Assembly: GCA_963786495.1 (NCBI GenBank) | Contig: CAWAZL010000011.1 | Coordinates: forward strand, 21,216-85,215 | Direction: 5' to 3' | DNA length: 64,000 bases | DNA from: an uncultured bacterium | Lineage (GTDB): Bacteria > Actinomycetota > Thermoleophilia > Solirubrobacterales > 70-9 | Part shown: positions 39,206 to 49,417 of the stretch, in pieces | Layout of the letters: each line of letters opens with the position of its first letter | How positions within the stretch are numbered: position 1 is the first letter of the stretch | The notes under the pieces: generated by a model | The model's input: only the letters and a program-made list of their open reading frames with translations | Told to the model about the DNA's origin: nothing | Databases searched by the model: none | Made by a program: the position numbers and the translations under genes

Positions 39206-39512
39206 CTAGCCCCGAATGTCTTCGAGGCTTCGAAGGTCGCGGTCGATTTGGCAGCCGTCCGGGCAACTTGATTCGATGAAGCGGCAGACGTCGTCGGCGC
39301 GGTCGCCCATGGCGGTGTCACCAACGAGGGCGATCACGAGCGTCGAGCGCTGCCAGGTGTCGTGGCCGTCGGTTTCGGAGACCGCAACGCCTTGAAACGG
39401 TGGCGAAGTCCTGCTCCTTGAGCGACTTGAGGTGCTTTCGCTTGCCCTTGAGGTCGTGCGACTCGCCAAAGTGGAGGCGGGCTTCGATGAGGCAGACGAA
39501 CCCGTCGGCCAC
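39206..39512 (-). CDS. DUF503 (YlxP-like) small protein, frame broken near 39400
   Basis: GTG 39512: ADGFVCLIEARLHFGESHDLKGKRKHLKSLKEQ (ORF 39318-39512). It continues in ORF 39206-39517 (...GVAVSETDGHDTWQRSTLVIALVGD...). The position between infB and rbfA matches ylxP in the Bacillus nusA-infB operon. Confidence 0.6.
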
Positions 39513-39521
39513 CGCACCGGG

Positions 39522-41791
39522 CTAGTTGTCCAGGGTCTGCTCGACCTGGCGCGTCGAGAAGACCTCGAGGACGTCGTCGACCTTCACGTCGGCGAAGCCC
39601 TCGAGCACGATGCCGCACTCCTGGCCCTCGGGGACTTCCTGAACATCGTCCTGGAAGCGACGAAGCGAGCCGATCCGGCCGGTCCAGGCGACGGTGCCGT
39701 CGCGCACGAGCCGGACCTCGGCGTCGCGGCGGACGATGCCGTCGGTGACCTCGCAGCCGGCGATCATGCCGACCTTCGAGGCGCGGAAGGTCTGCTTGAC
39801 CTCGGCCTGGCCGAGGATGTCCTCGACCTCGACGGAGTCGAGCATGCCCTCCATCGCGGCGCGGAGCTCCTCGGTCACCTTGTAGATGACGGAGTACGAG
39901 CGGATCTCGACGCCCTCGGACTCGGCGGCGCGGCGCGCGTCGACAAGCGGGCGGACGTTGAAGCCGATGATGATCGCGTCAGAAGCCGAGGCAAGCATCA
40001 CGTCGGACTCGTTGATCCCGCCGGCTGCAGCGCGAATGATGTTGATGCGCACCTGCTCCTGCGGGAACCTTGGCGAGCTCGTCCGTGAGCGCCTCGAGCG
40101 AGCCGGAGACATCGGCCTTGAGCACGATGTTGAGCTCCTTGATGACTCCTTCCTGCGCCTTGGCGAAGACCTCGTCGAGCGTGAGCTTGCGGGTGCCGCG
40201 GCGGGCGATCGCCTCGGTCTTCAGACGGTGTGCGCGCTCGCCGGCAAGCTGGCGGGCGCGGCGGTCGTTCTAGACGACCTCAACCCTCTCCCCCGCTTCG
40301 CAGACGCCGTCGAAGCCGAGCACCTCAACCGGGTCGCCGGGGCCAGCCGTTTCGACCCGCTCGCCTGTATGGCTGAGCATCGCGCGGACCTTGCCCCACT
40401 GGGCGCCCGCGACGACCGAGTCGCCGATGTTGAGCGTGCCGCGCTGAACGAGCAGCGTGACAACCGGGCCGCGGCCAGGATCGAGATGGGACTCGATGAC
40501 CGAGCCCGAGGCGTCGGCATCCGGATTCGCCCGAAGCTCTTCGACTTCGGCGACCAGGAGGATGCTCTCGAGCAGCTCGTCAAGTCCGGTCTTGGCCTTC
40601 GCGGAAACGTTGTTGAAGATCGTGTCGCCGCCCCAATCCTCCGGCTGCAGGTCGAGGTTCGCGAGTTCGCCCTTGACCTTGTCGACGTTGGCGGCCTCGA
40701 GGTCGATCTTGTTGACCGCGACGATGATCGGCACGTCGGCGGCGCGGGCGTGGTCGATCGCCTCGACCGTCTGTGGCATGACGCCGTCATCCGCTGCGAC
40801 CACCACGACGACGATGTCGGTGACGTCGGCGCCGCGGGCGCGCATCGCGGTGAAGGCCGCGTGGCCAGGCGTGTCGATGAACGAGATCGTCTTCTCGCCG
40901 GAGTGCACCTGATAGGCGCCGATGTGCTGGGTGATGCCCCCGGCCTCTCCCGCGACGACTTCGGTCTCGCGGATCGCATCGAGGAGCGAAGTCTTTCCGT
41001 GGTCGACGTGGCCCATGATCGTCACGACCGGAGGCCTGTCTTGAAGGTCGTCGGCGGAATCCTCGAAGACGATCTCCTCGGCCTCTTCCTCGGCGGCGCT
41101 GACCATCTCGGCCTTGCGGTCGAGGGCCTCGGCCAGGACGACGACCGTTTCGTCGGGAAGGGTCTGGGTGAGCGTTGCCATCTCGCCGAGCTTCATCAGC
41201 GTCTTGATGACCTCGGCGCTCGAGAGGCCAAGCGTCTCGGCAACTTCTTTGACCGTGGCGCCCGAAGGGATCTTGATGACCGGGATCTCAGTATCGACAG
41301 GCGCGGCTACCGGCGGCTCCTCGAGCAGCGGTCGCCGGCGGCGGCCTCCGCGGCGGCGCGGCGGGCGCTGTGGAGGCGGCGGGCCCATGGAATCGCGGCG
41401 TGAGGCTTGCGAGTCGATCACGACACGGCGGCGCTTGCCTTGGGCCCCGCCCGCAGCGGGCGCGGAACCGCCGTCGCCGGCAGGGCGCACGGGACGGACC
41501 GGCTTCGCGGATTCGGCCGCCGGCGCAGGCTTCCCTTCGGCTGACCGTGGGGACAGGCACCTTGTCCGCCGCGGGCTCATCCGCCTGGGCGGCTCCGGGG
41601 CCAGTCCCCGCGCTCGGTGCTTCGGAGACAGACGCGGGCGCGCCGCCGCCCAGTGCCTTCGCGGCGAGGTCTTCATCAACGCTAGAAGCAGCGGCCTTGG
41701 CTTCGATTCCGGCAGCCTGAAGCTTCGCGAGCACATCCTTGGATGTGAGGCCTCTTTCCTTGGCGATCTCGTGGACGCGCTTCTTGGCCAT
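39522..41791 (-). CDS. infB: Translation initiation factor IF-2; two frame breaks (about 41545 and 40068) and one in-frame TAG (40270-40272)
   Basis: N-terminus [24 protein letters not shown] (ORF 41288-41791). G domain [26 protein letters not shown] (ORF 40270-41736). C-terminus [23 protein letters not shown]... (ORF 39522-40112). Confidence 0.9.
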
Positions 41792-43732
<1,941 letters not shown>

Positions 43733-43735
43733 GAT

Positions 43736-44215
43736 TCACCTCCAAATCCATAGTTCGCCAACAAGGTTCGACCGTTCGACGCCGTCGAACGGGATGCGTA
43801 CGAGGGTCCCACCGATCGCAGCGACGGTGACGCTTTCGTCATCCGCGCTGGCAAGGGTGCCGTTGAAATTGCGCTGACCGTCGATCGCCTCGCGCGTCTT
43901 GACGCGGCACCTTGCGGCCGAGGAAGCGCTGAAAATGTTCCGGCTTGGTGAGTGGGCGGTCGTCGCCGGGCGAGGAGACTTCCATCGAGTACTGCTCGTT
44001 GAGAAGCGCGAAGCTCTCCGGTGACCGACTCGCAAAGCGCTCAGATCGACGCCGCCCGGGCGGTCGATATAGAGCCGCAAGGTCCCGGCAGAGGGTTGCT
44101 CGAGCGCGATCAGCTCGACATCGGGGTCGAATTCCCGAATGCGCTCCTCGATGGTCTCCCTCAGATTTTCTTGCGTACCCACGATTTCTCCGTCGGTTTT
44201 CTGGCCTCTCCGCAA
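43736..44215 (-). CDS. rimP: Ribosome maturation factor RimP, three frame breaks (about 44045, 44010, 43905)
   Basis: The ORF ends are in frame, but the middle reads correctly only after shifts: ...ALCESVTGEL / FALLNEQYSMEVSSPGDDRPLTKPEHFQRFLGRKV / RVKTREAIDGQRNFNGTL... It is first in the rimP-nusA-infB order. Confidence 0.8.
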   Translation of the reverse strand: MRRGQKTDGEIVGTQENLRETIEERIREFDPDVELIALEQPSAGTLRLYIDRPGGVDLSALRVGHRRASRFSTSSTRWKSPRPATTAHSPSRNIFSASSAARCRVKTREAIDGQRNFNGTLASADDESVTVAAIGGTLVRIPFDGVERSNLVGELWIWR

Positions 44216-44230
44216 CCCGGTTCAGGCCGT

Positions 44231-44255
44231 AAAAAAAGGCGGGTCCGGGCCCACC
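44231..44255 (-). terminator. Candidate intrinsic terminator downstream of dtd
   Basis: Minus-strand RNA GGUGGGCCCGGACCCGCC (6-bp stem including one G-U pair, 6-nt loop) followed by U7. Confidence 0.4.
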
Positions 44256-44335
44256 TCGACAGGGTTCGGGTACGTAAGAGGTAAAACGAGTATAGCCACG
44301 CTCAGCCAGGCGACACGCCCGAATTCCAGCGAGGA

Positions 44336-44753
44336 TTACGCCTCCAGAAGGAGGGTGACGGGGCCGTCGTTTGTGAGCTCCACGGCCATCATCGCGCCGA
44401 AGACGCCGCCCTTCGCGCCGAGGCGCTCGCGGAAGCGCTCGTACAGCGGCTCGGCCTCCTCAGGGCCGTGCTGCGCCCATGTAGCTGGGGCGATTGCCCT
44501 TGCGCGTGTCGGCCATCAAGGTGAACTGGCTGACGCACAACACCTCGCGCTCTCCGAGCGGCTCGTTCATCCGCCCCTCGGCGTCGCCGAAGATCCGCAG
44601 CGCCCGGATCTTGTCCGCCAGCCGATCGGCCTGGTCCGGCCCGTCGCCGTCGCCGACCCCGAGAAGCACCAGGAGCCCAGGGCCGATTGCCGAAATCTCT
44701 TCTGAGCCGACCAAGACGCGCGCGCTCGAGACACGCTGGACGAGCGCCTTCAC
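44336..44753 (-). CDS. dtd: D-aminoacyl-tRNA deacylase, frame broken near 44468
   Basis: ORF 44460-44753: [13 protein letters not shown]...[17 protein letters not shown]. The shifted continuation is ...[42 protein letters not shown], with TAA at 44336-44338. Confidence 0.8.
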
Positions 44754-44764
44754 ACGACCGGGAA

Positions 44765-45130
44765 CTACGCCGCGCGCCTGGCGCGGTCGCGGTAGAGGCG
44801 GTAGTCGCTGCGCTGTGGCTGCAGGTTTGCCGCGAGCGCCAGGTGATGGCGGGCACGCTTCGTCTCACCCGTCATCGTGAGCGCGCGACCAAGGCAGAAG
44901 TGCGCGTAGTCGTTGACCGGAGCCGACTCGACCACGGCCTCGAATTCGGTCGCGGCCTCCGAGAACTGGCGGTTCCGGAAGTAGGCGCGGCCAAGCGCTT
45001 CGCGCACGGATGTCTTCTCGGGCGCCCGGCGGGCGGCCTCGGCGAGAGGCTCTGCAGCCTCGGCGAACGAGCCGTCTTCGAGCAGCTCCATCCCCTTGCG
45101 ATACAGCGTGTAGGTGGAGTCAGTCGTCAC
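44765..45130 (-). CDS. TPR-repeat protein
   Basis: 121-aa ORF with three TPR-like helical pairs (...ALGRAYFRNRQFSEAATEFEAVVE..., ...AHFCLGRALTMTGETKRA...). Confidence 0.6.
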   Translation of the reverse strand: MTTDSTYTLYRKGMELLEDGSFAEAAEPLAEAARRAPEKTSVREALGRAYFRNRQFSEAATEFEAVVESAPVNDYAHFCLGRALTMTGETKRARHHLALAANLQPQRSDYRLYRDRARRAA

Positions 45131-46370
45131 TCTTTGAGTGTACGAATCCCCGCAGGGAATCGACCTCTGAAAGAACGGCTTCCGCGACCTCTTCCTTGGT
45201 GCTTTCCGGAACCGCCTTCTCGCCGCCCGCGGTCATGATCGTGACCTCGTTCCGCTCAGAGTCGAAGCCGATCTCGGGGCGGGAGATGTCGTTGAAGACG
45301 ATCGCGTCAAGGCCTTTGCGCTCCAGCTTCTCACGCGCCCTCGAGATGGCCTCCGCGCCATGCTCGGCCGCAAAGCCGACCAGTGTCTGCTCCGGCCGGC
45401 GCCTGCCGGCGAGCGACGCGACGACGTCCTCGGTCTCGGTGAGCCGAAGCTCCATGCCCCCGCTGCCTTCGCGGACGAGCTTTCCCTCGGCCGGCTCGGG
45501 CCGGAAGTCCGCAACGGCCGCGGCCATAAGCAGAACGTCCGCGTGCTCGAAGGCCGCGCGGCTTGCCTCTGCCAACTCGGCCGCGCTCTCGACTCTCACG
45601 ACGCCTACCTGAGGGGAGATCGGAAGCGAGACGTTGGCGGCGACGAGGGTGACGTCAGCGCCGCGGCGTGCCGCTGCCTCGGCCAGCGCGACCCCCATCC
45701 GCCCGCTGGAGCGGTTGCCGATGAAGCGCACCGAATCGATCGCCTCGCGCGTGCCGCCGGCGGTGACGAGCACGTGCATGCCGTCCCACGGGCCGGCGGG
45801 CCCGGGCAGGGCCGACTCGACCCGGGCTAGAAGCGTTTCGGGCTGGGGCAGCCGGCCGGTTCCGTGCTCGCCGCGGGATGCCAACGGGCCCTCGTCGGGC
45901 TCAATGACCTCCACCCCGCGTTCGCGCAGGAGCTCCAGGTTCCGCTGAGTTGCCGCGTCGCGGTACATGCGGTCGTTCATCGCCGGAGCGACCAGGCGCG
46001 GCGCGTCGCAAGCGAGGAAGGAGGTGGTCAGCATCGAGTCGGCGACGCCGGCGGCGAGCTTCGAGATCGTGTTGGCCGACGCGGGTGCAACAAGGAAGGC
46101 GTCGCAGCCCTCGGCCAGCGCCAGATGGCCGATCGGGTCGTGCGTGGGGGGATCTTCGGCGGGCCAGCCGCCGCGCATCGGGTCCCGGTCCCACTCGGAG
46201 ATGAGGACGGGCGCGCCGACGATCCCTTCGAACGACGCCGCTCCCACGAACCGGGTGGCGGCCTCTGTCATCACGACACGGACCGCATGGCCCTGCTTGG
46301 TCGCGAGACGTGCCAGCTCCAGGGCCCGGTACGCGGCAATGCCGCCGGTTACGCCAAGCAGGATCCGCAT
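45120..46370 (-). CDS. coaBC: Bifunctional phosphopantothenoylcysteine decarboxylase / phosphopantothenate-cysteine ligase
   Basis: 416-aa ORF. MRILLGVTGGIAAYRALEL and PAMNDRMY (flavoprotein half). FIGNRSSGRMG (CoaB half). Confidence 0.9.
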   Translation of the reverse strand: MRILLGVTGGIAAYRALELARLATKQGHAVRVVMTEAATRFVGAASFEGIVGAPVLISEWDRDPMRGGWPAEDPPTHDPIGHLALAEGCDAFLVAPASANTISKLAAGVADSMLTTSFLACDAPRLVAPAMNDRMYRDAATQRNLELLRERGVEVIEPDEGPLASRGEHGTGRLPQPETLLARVESALPGPAGPWDGMHVLVTAGGTREAIDSVRFIGNRSSGRMGVALAEAAARRGADVTLVAANVSLPISPQVGVVRVESAAELAEASRAAFEHADVLLMAAAVADFRPEPAEGKLVREGSGGMELRLTETEDVVASLAGRRRPEQTLVGFAAEHGAEAISRAREKLERKGLDAIVFNDISRPEIGFDSERNEVTIMTAGGEKAVPESTKEEVAEAVLSEVDSLRGFVHSKSDD

Positions 46371-46407
46371 GCTGAAATGGTGCCAGCCCGCGGCTGGCGG
46401 TGCGGTC

Positions 46408-46572
46408 TAGTGGCTTGATTTGGGCTGACGCGTGCGTGAGGGCGTCTGGAAGCAAGCCGGGCGAGGACGTGGGACGAAGCCTGTACCGGTGGTACAGGCG
46501 AGGATCGCGGCCGCGATCCGGCGCCGCTACCAGGCGTTCTCACGTGCGTGAGAAGCCCAGATCAAGCCACTA
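46408..46572. repeat. Inverted-repeat, multi-hairpin element in the rpoZ-coaBC spacer (candidate structured RNA or REP/MITE-like element)
   Basis: The 19-nt arms TAGTGGCTTGATTTGGGCT (46408-46426) and AGCCCAGATCAAGCCACTA (46554-46572) match at 18 of 19 positions. Inside lie a CGTGCGTGAG direct repeat (46431-46440, 46543-46552), a 9-bp hairpin GCCTGTACC-GGT-GGTACAGGC (46479-46499), and an 18-nt perfect palindrome GGATCGCGGCCGCGATCC (46502-46519). Confidence 0.45.
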
Positions 46573-46800
46573 ACCCTTGTACTCGTAATTAATCTTGCCC
46601 TGAGCGAGCTCTTCGAGAGCAATCGTCAGGTAGTTGCCAGAGCGTGTCTCCACCATCGGCGGCGTGTACTCCTCGTAGCTCCCCTCGCCCAATGCGCGGT
46701 AGTAGCTGTTCAGCTGGCGCGCTCGCTTGGCGGCCACCAGAACGGCGGCGTAATGCGAGTCTGTTCGCTCGAGAAGGTTTTCGACTCTTGGCTTGACCAT
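46570..46800 (-). CDS. rpoZ: DNA-directed RNA polymerase subunit omega
   Basis: 76-aa ORF. ...SHYAAVLVAAKRARQL..., in the conserved gmk-rpoZ-coaBC order. Confidence 0.9.
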   Translation of the reverse strand: MVKPRVENLLERTDSHYAAVLVAAKRARQLNSYYRALGEGSYEEYTPPMVETRSGNYLTIALEELAQGKINYEYKG

Positions 46801-46833
46801 TAGCCGTCAGGATACCCGGGCCGGCGGGAGTCC

Positions 46834-47397
46834 TCAGCCTGTCAACTCGTCCCGCACGATCGCCTCCAATTCGTCAGAGGCGCGATCGAGGTCGTCGTTC
46901 ACGACCACGTGCTTGAACTCCTGGGACGCCTCGAGCTCCTGCTTTGCGGTCTCGAGGCGGCGCTCGATTGCTTCCGCCGAGTCGGTCCCTCGGCCCGAGA
47001 GACGCTCCCTGAGGGCCTCAGGGTCAGGGGGCGTTATGAAGATCAGAACGGCCTCGTCGCCCATCGCGGCCCTGACCTGCCGGGCCCCCTGGACCTCGAT
47101 CTCCAGAACCACCGACGAGCCCGCGTCGAGCGTTCTCTCGATCTCCGACCGGAGAGTCCCGTAGCGATTGCCGGAGAAGGTGGCGTGTTCCAGGAAGTCG
47201 CCGGTCTCGGCCCGCTCGGCGAACTCCTCGGCGGAAAGGAAGTGGTAGTCGACGCCTTCTGACTCGCCCTCACGGGGCTCGCGGGTCGTCGCCGAGACCG
47301 AAAGGTCGAGGCCCGGGACGCGCTCGCGCAGGTCGCGGATGAGAGTGCCCTTGCCGACACCCGACGGGCCGGTGATGACGAAGACGCGTGCAGCCAT
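46834..47397 (-). CDS. gmk: Guanylate kinase
   Basis: 187-aa ORF. P-loop GPSGVGKGT and TTREPREGE. Confidence 0.9.
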   Translation of the reverse strand: MAARVFVITGPSGVGKGTLIRDLRERVPGLDLSVSATTREPREGESEGVDYHFLSAEEFAERAETGDFLEHATFSGNRYGTLRSEIERTLDAGSSVVLEIEVQGARQVRAAMGDEAVLIFITPPDPEALRERLSGRGTDSAEAIERRLETAKQELEASQEFKHVVVNDDLDRASDELEAIVRDELTG

Positions 47398-47449
47398 TAA
47401 TCAATCAAACCCCGCGGGCCGGACACATGCCCCCCAGGCTCGCGAGGAG

Positions 47450-47785
47450 CTAGCGGCGCAGCATGGTGACGAGCTCTGCGCGCTGGCGCTGCGAGAGCCC
47501 GCCGATGGTCTTCGACGGAGAGATCCGGCACTGGCCGAGGATCTTGTTCGCCTTGACCCGGCCGTACTTCGGAACGGCGAGGATCATGTCGAAGACCTTG
47601 GCGGTCATGACCCACTCGGGCGGATCGAGCAAAAGCCCGTCCACAGAGGTCTTGCCGGCTTTGAGGTCGCGCTTCAACTGGGCGCGGCGGGTGCGGATGT
47701 CGTTCGCGCGCCCAAGTGCCTTCATTCGCTGGTCGTGCGTCCTCTCGGGGACTGGAGTGGCGGTGTCGGCGGGATTTACGGCCAT
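47450..47785 (-). CDS. mihF: Actinobacterial integration host factor (mIHF)
   Basis: 111-aa ORF. ...RMKALGRANDIRTRRAQLKRDLKAGK...VPKYGRVKANKIL..., directly upstream of gmk as in actinobacteria. Confidence 0.8.
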   Translation of the reverse strand: MAVNPADTATPVPERTHDQRMKALGRANDIRTRRAQLKRDLKAGKTSVDGLLLDPPEWVMTAKVFDMILAVPKYGRVKANKILGQCRISPSKTIGGLSQRQRAELVTMLRR

Positions 47786-47851
47786 GCGAGGCGGCGACTA
47801 TAGCGCGGCTTAGGCCCACGGGCAAAGCAATTCGCCCTTAACAGGGCAAAT

Positions 47852-48751
47852 TCAATTCGACCTCAGGTTGAGGTGAAGGGTCGAGGCGTCGTTGAGAATT
47901 TCTTCGAGTCCATCGCGGACTCGGATTCCTGCTGCCGCATCGCGGAAGTTCGCGGTCCCGACGGCAATCAGTCCGGCCCCCGAGGCGAGGAACTCGGCGG
48001 CGTCCTGAGCCGTCTCGATGCCTCCCATCCCGATTACCGCGATCGAGACCGCGGCGCTGACGCGGCGCACCTGCTCGAGTGCGATCGCCCGCACCGCCGG
48101 GCCTGAGAGGCCGCCGCTTCCGGCACCCAGCCAGGGCTCCGACGAGCCCGGAGCAAGGCCAGTGGCACGGATGGTGTTGATCAGCGAGACGCCGTCGGCT
48201 CCCGCCTCTTCGGCCGCGACCGCGACCGCCGCTGGGTCAGCGGTGTTCGGCGTCAGCTTCACCACCAGGGGCTTCTCAGTCCGCTCGCGCAGCGCCGTCA
48301 CCAGGGCGTGCGTCTCCGCCGGTTGCTCGCCGACGATGAGGCCGGACTTCACGTTCGGGCATGACACGTTCAGCTCCAGCGCCGCAACCTCGTCGCGGCT
48401 GCCGACTCCATCGACGAGCCGCTCGAAGCCGTCGCGGTCCGTCGCCATCACGGAGACGATCAGCGGCACCGGCAGCTCGGCGAGCTGCGGAAGGTCGTTG
48501 GCGAGGAATCCCTCGAGGCCCTTGTTCGGCAGGCCGATCGAGTTGATCATCCCGCTGGGCGTCTCATAGAGGCGCGGCGGCGGATTGCCGGCGCGTGGGT
48601 CCGGGGTAATCGTCTTGGAGACGAAGGCGCTGAACGGGAAGTCGTCAAGCAGCGCGTCGCCGAACGCTCGGCGGGCGGCGATCGCGTCGAAGGTTCCGGA
48701 GCCGTTCAGGACGGGATGCTCGAGCGAGAGTGAGCCGATGTCGTAGGTCAT
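47852..48751 (-). CDS. pyrD: Dihydroorotate dehydrogenase, class 1B catalytic subunit
   Basis: 299-aa ORF. LNGSGTF, ELNVSCPNV, GGLSGPAV, IGMGGI. Confidence 0.9.
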   Translation of the reverse strand: MTYDIGSLSLEHPVLNGSGTFDAIAARRAFGDALLDDFPFSAFVSKTITPDPRAGNPPPRLYETPSGMINSIGLPNKGLEGFLANDLPQLAELPVPLIVSVMATDRDGFERLVDGVGSRDEVAALELNVSCPNVKSGLIVGEQPAETHALVTALRERTEKPLVVKLTPNTADPAAVAVAAEEAGADGVSLINTIRATGLAPGSSEPWLGAGSGGLSGPAVRAIALEQVRRVSAAVSIAVIGMGGIETAQDAAEFLASGAGLIAVGTANFRDAAAGIRVRDGLEEILNDASTLHLNLRSN

Positions 48752-48775
48752 GAGATGACTGGGGTCAAGGATAGG

Positions 48776-49399
48776 TCAGCGGGCAAGATCCTTCGGCAGG
48801 ACGACGCCGCTCGCCAGGGCGCGGTTGGCGAGCTCCATGCGCTTGCGATTCCGGGGCAGGTCGGGCACCTCGAACAACCTGAAAAGGATCTTCATGTGAG
48901 AGCGAACGGCTTCGACCGAGACGACCAGCTCGTCGGCGATCTCGCGGTTCGACGGCGCCACGCCCGCCTCCCCGGGGTCGGCAAGCGGCCGGCAGAGCGC
49001 GGCGAGCACGCGATATTGCGCTCCGCTCACGTTCGCCATCTGGGCCCGCGTTGACGGTGGCGCGGTCTCATCGGCGGTGTCCGAGGGACTTCGGAACAGG
49101 ACCTCCGTCGCGCCGAAACGAACCAAGTCGTGGTCATAAAGGCGGCGGCGTCCATGAAGCCTCGCCCCGTTGACGAAGGTTCCGTTGCTGGAAATCTGGT
49201 CGTCCACGGCGATCCAGCTTCCGCCGAGCTTCTCGAGCACGGCATGCAGGCGCGACACCTCCGGGTCCCACGTGAGCGCGAGGTCGTTGTCCGCCTCACG
49301 GCCAACACTCAGACGCTCTCCCTTGAGTTCGATCACGTGCTCGGCGCCCTGGGCGTCTCGAAGCAAGAGGAACGCTGTGTTGGGAGGCGGATCGCTCAT
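48776..49399 (-). CDS. FHA domain fused to a LuxR/GerE-type HTH (paralog of 17823-18506)
   Basis: 207-aa ORF. ...LSVGREADNDLALTWDPEVSRLHAVLE...DDQISSNGTFVNGARL. C-terminal NREIADELVVSVEAVRSHMKILFRLFEV...RKRMELANRAL. Confidence 0.75.
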   Translation of the reverse strand: MSDPPPNTAFLLLRDAQGAEHVIELKGERLSVGREADNDLALTWDPEVSRLHAVLEKLGGSWIAVDDQISSNGTFVNGARLHGRRRLYDHDLVRFGATEVLFRSPSDTADETAPPSTRAQMANVSGAQYRVLAALCRPLADPGEAGVAPSNREIADELVVSVEAVRSHMKILFRLFEVPDLPRNRKRMELANRALASGVVLPKDLAR

Positions 49400-49417
49400 T
49401 CAGTCTTGGGCAAATGA

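Noticed and set aside
40270-40272. Pyrrolysine-type recoding as an explanation for the in-frame TAG in infB
   Set aside because: No pyl genes or other TAG-interrupted genes are visible in the window. A single-base error or variant is far simpler.
39886-41403. Long plus-strand ORFs opposite infB, recA (11090-12154), pnp (32977-34257), rnj (26911-28017) and the M16 peptidase (31968-33059)
   Set aside because: They are antisense to unmistakable conserved genes and have low-complexity Arg/Asp/Leu-rich translations, so they are high-GC artefacts.
47786-47851. AT-richer spacer with imperfect direct repeat GGGCAAAGCAATTCG / GGGCAAATTCAATTCG between pyrD and mihF
   Set aside because: It is plausibly the mihF promoter region, but it is too short and degenerate to call an operator or element without comparative data.
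48752-48775. Island borders (also 61969-61972) examined for att-like direct repeats, integrase, transposase or tRNA
   Set aside because: I found none. The spacers are only 24 and 4 nt, so I do not call the insert a mobile element.
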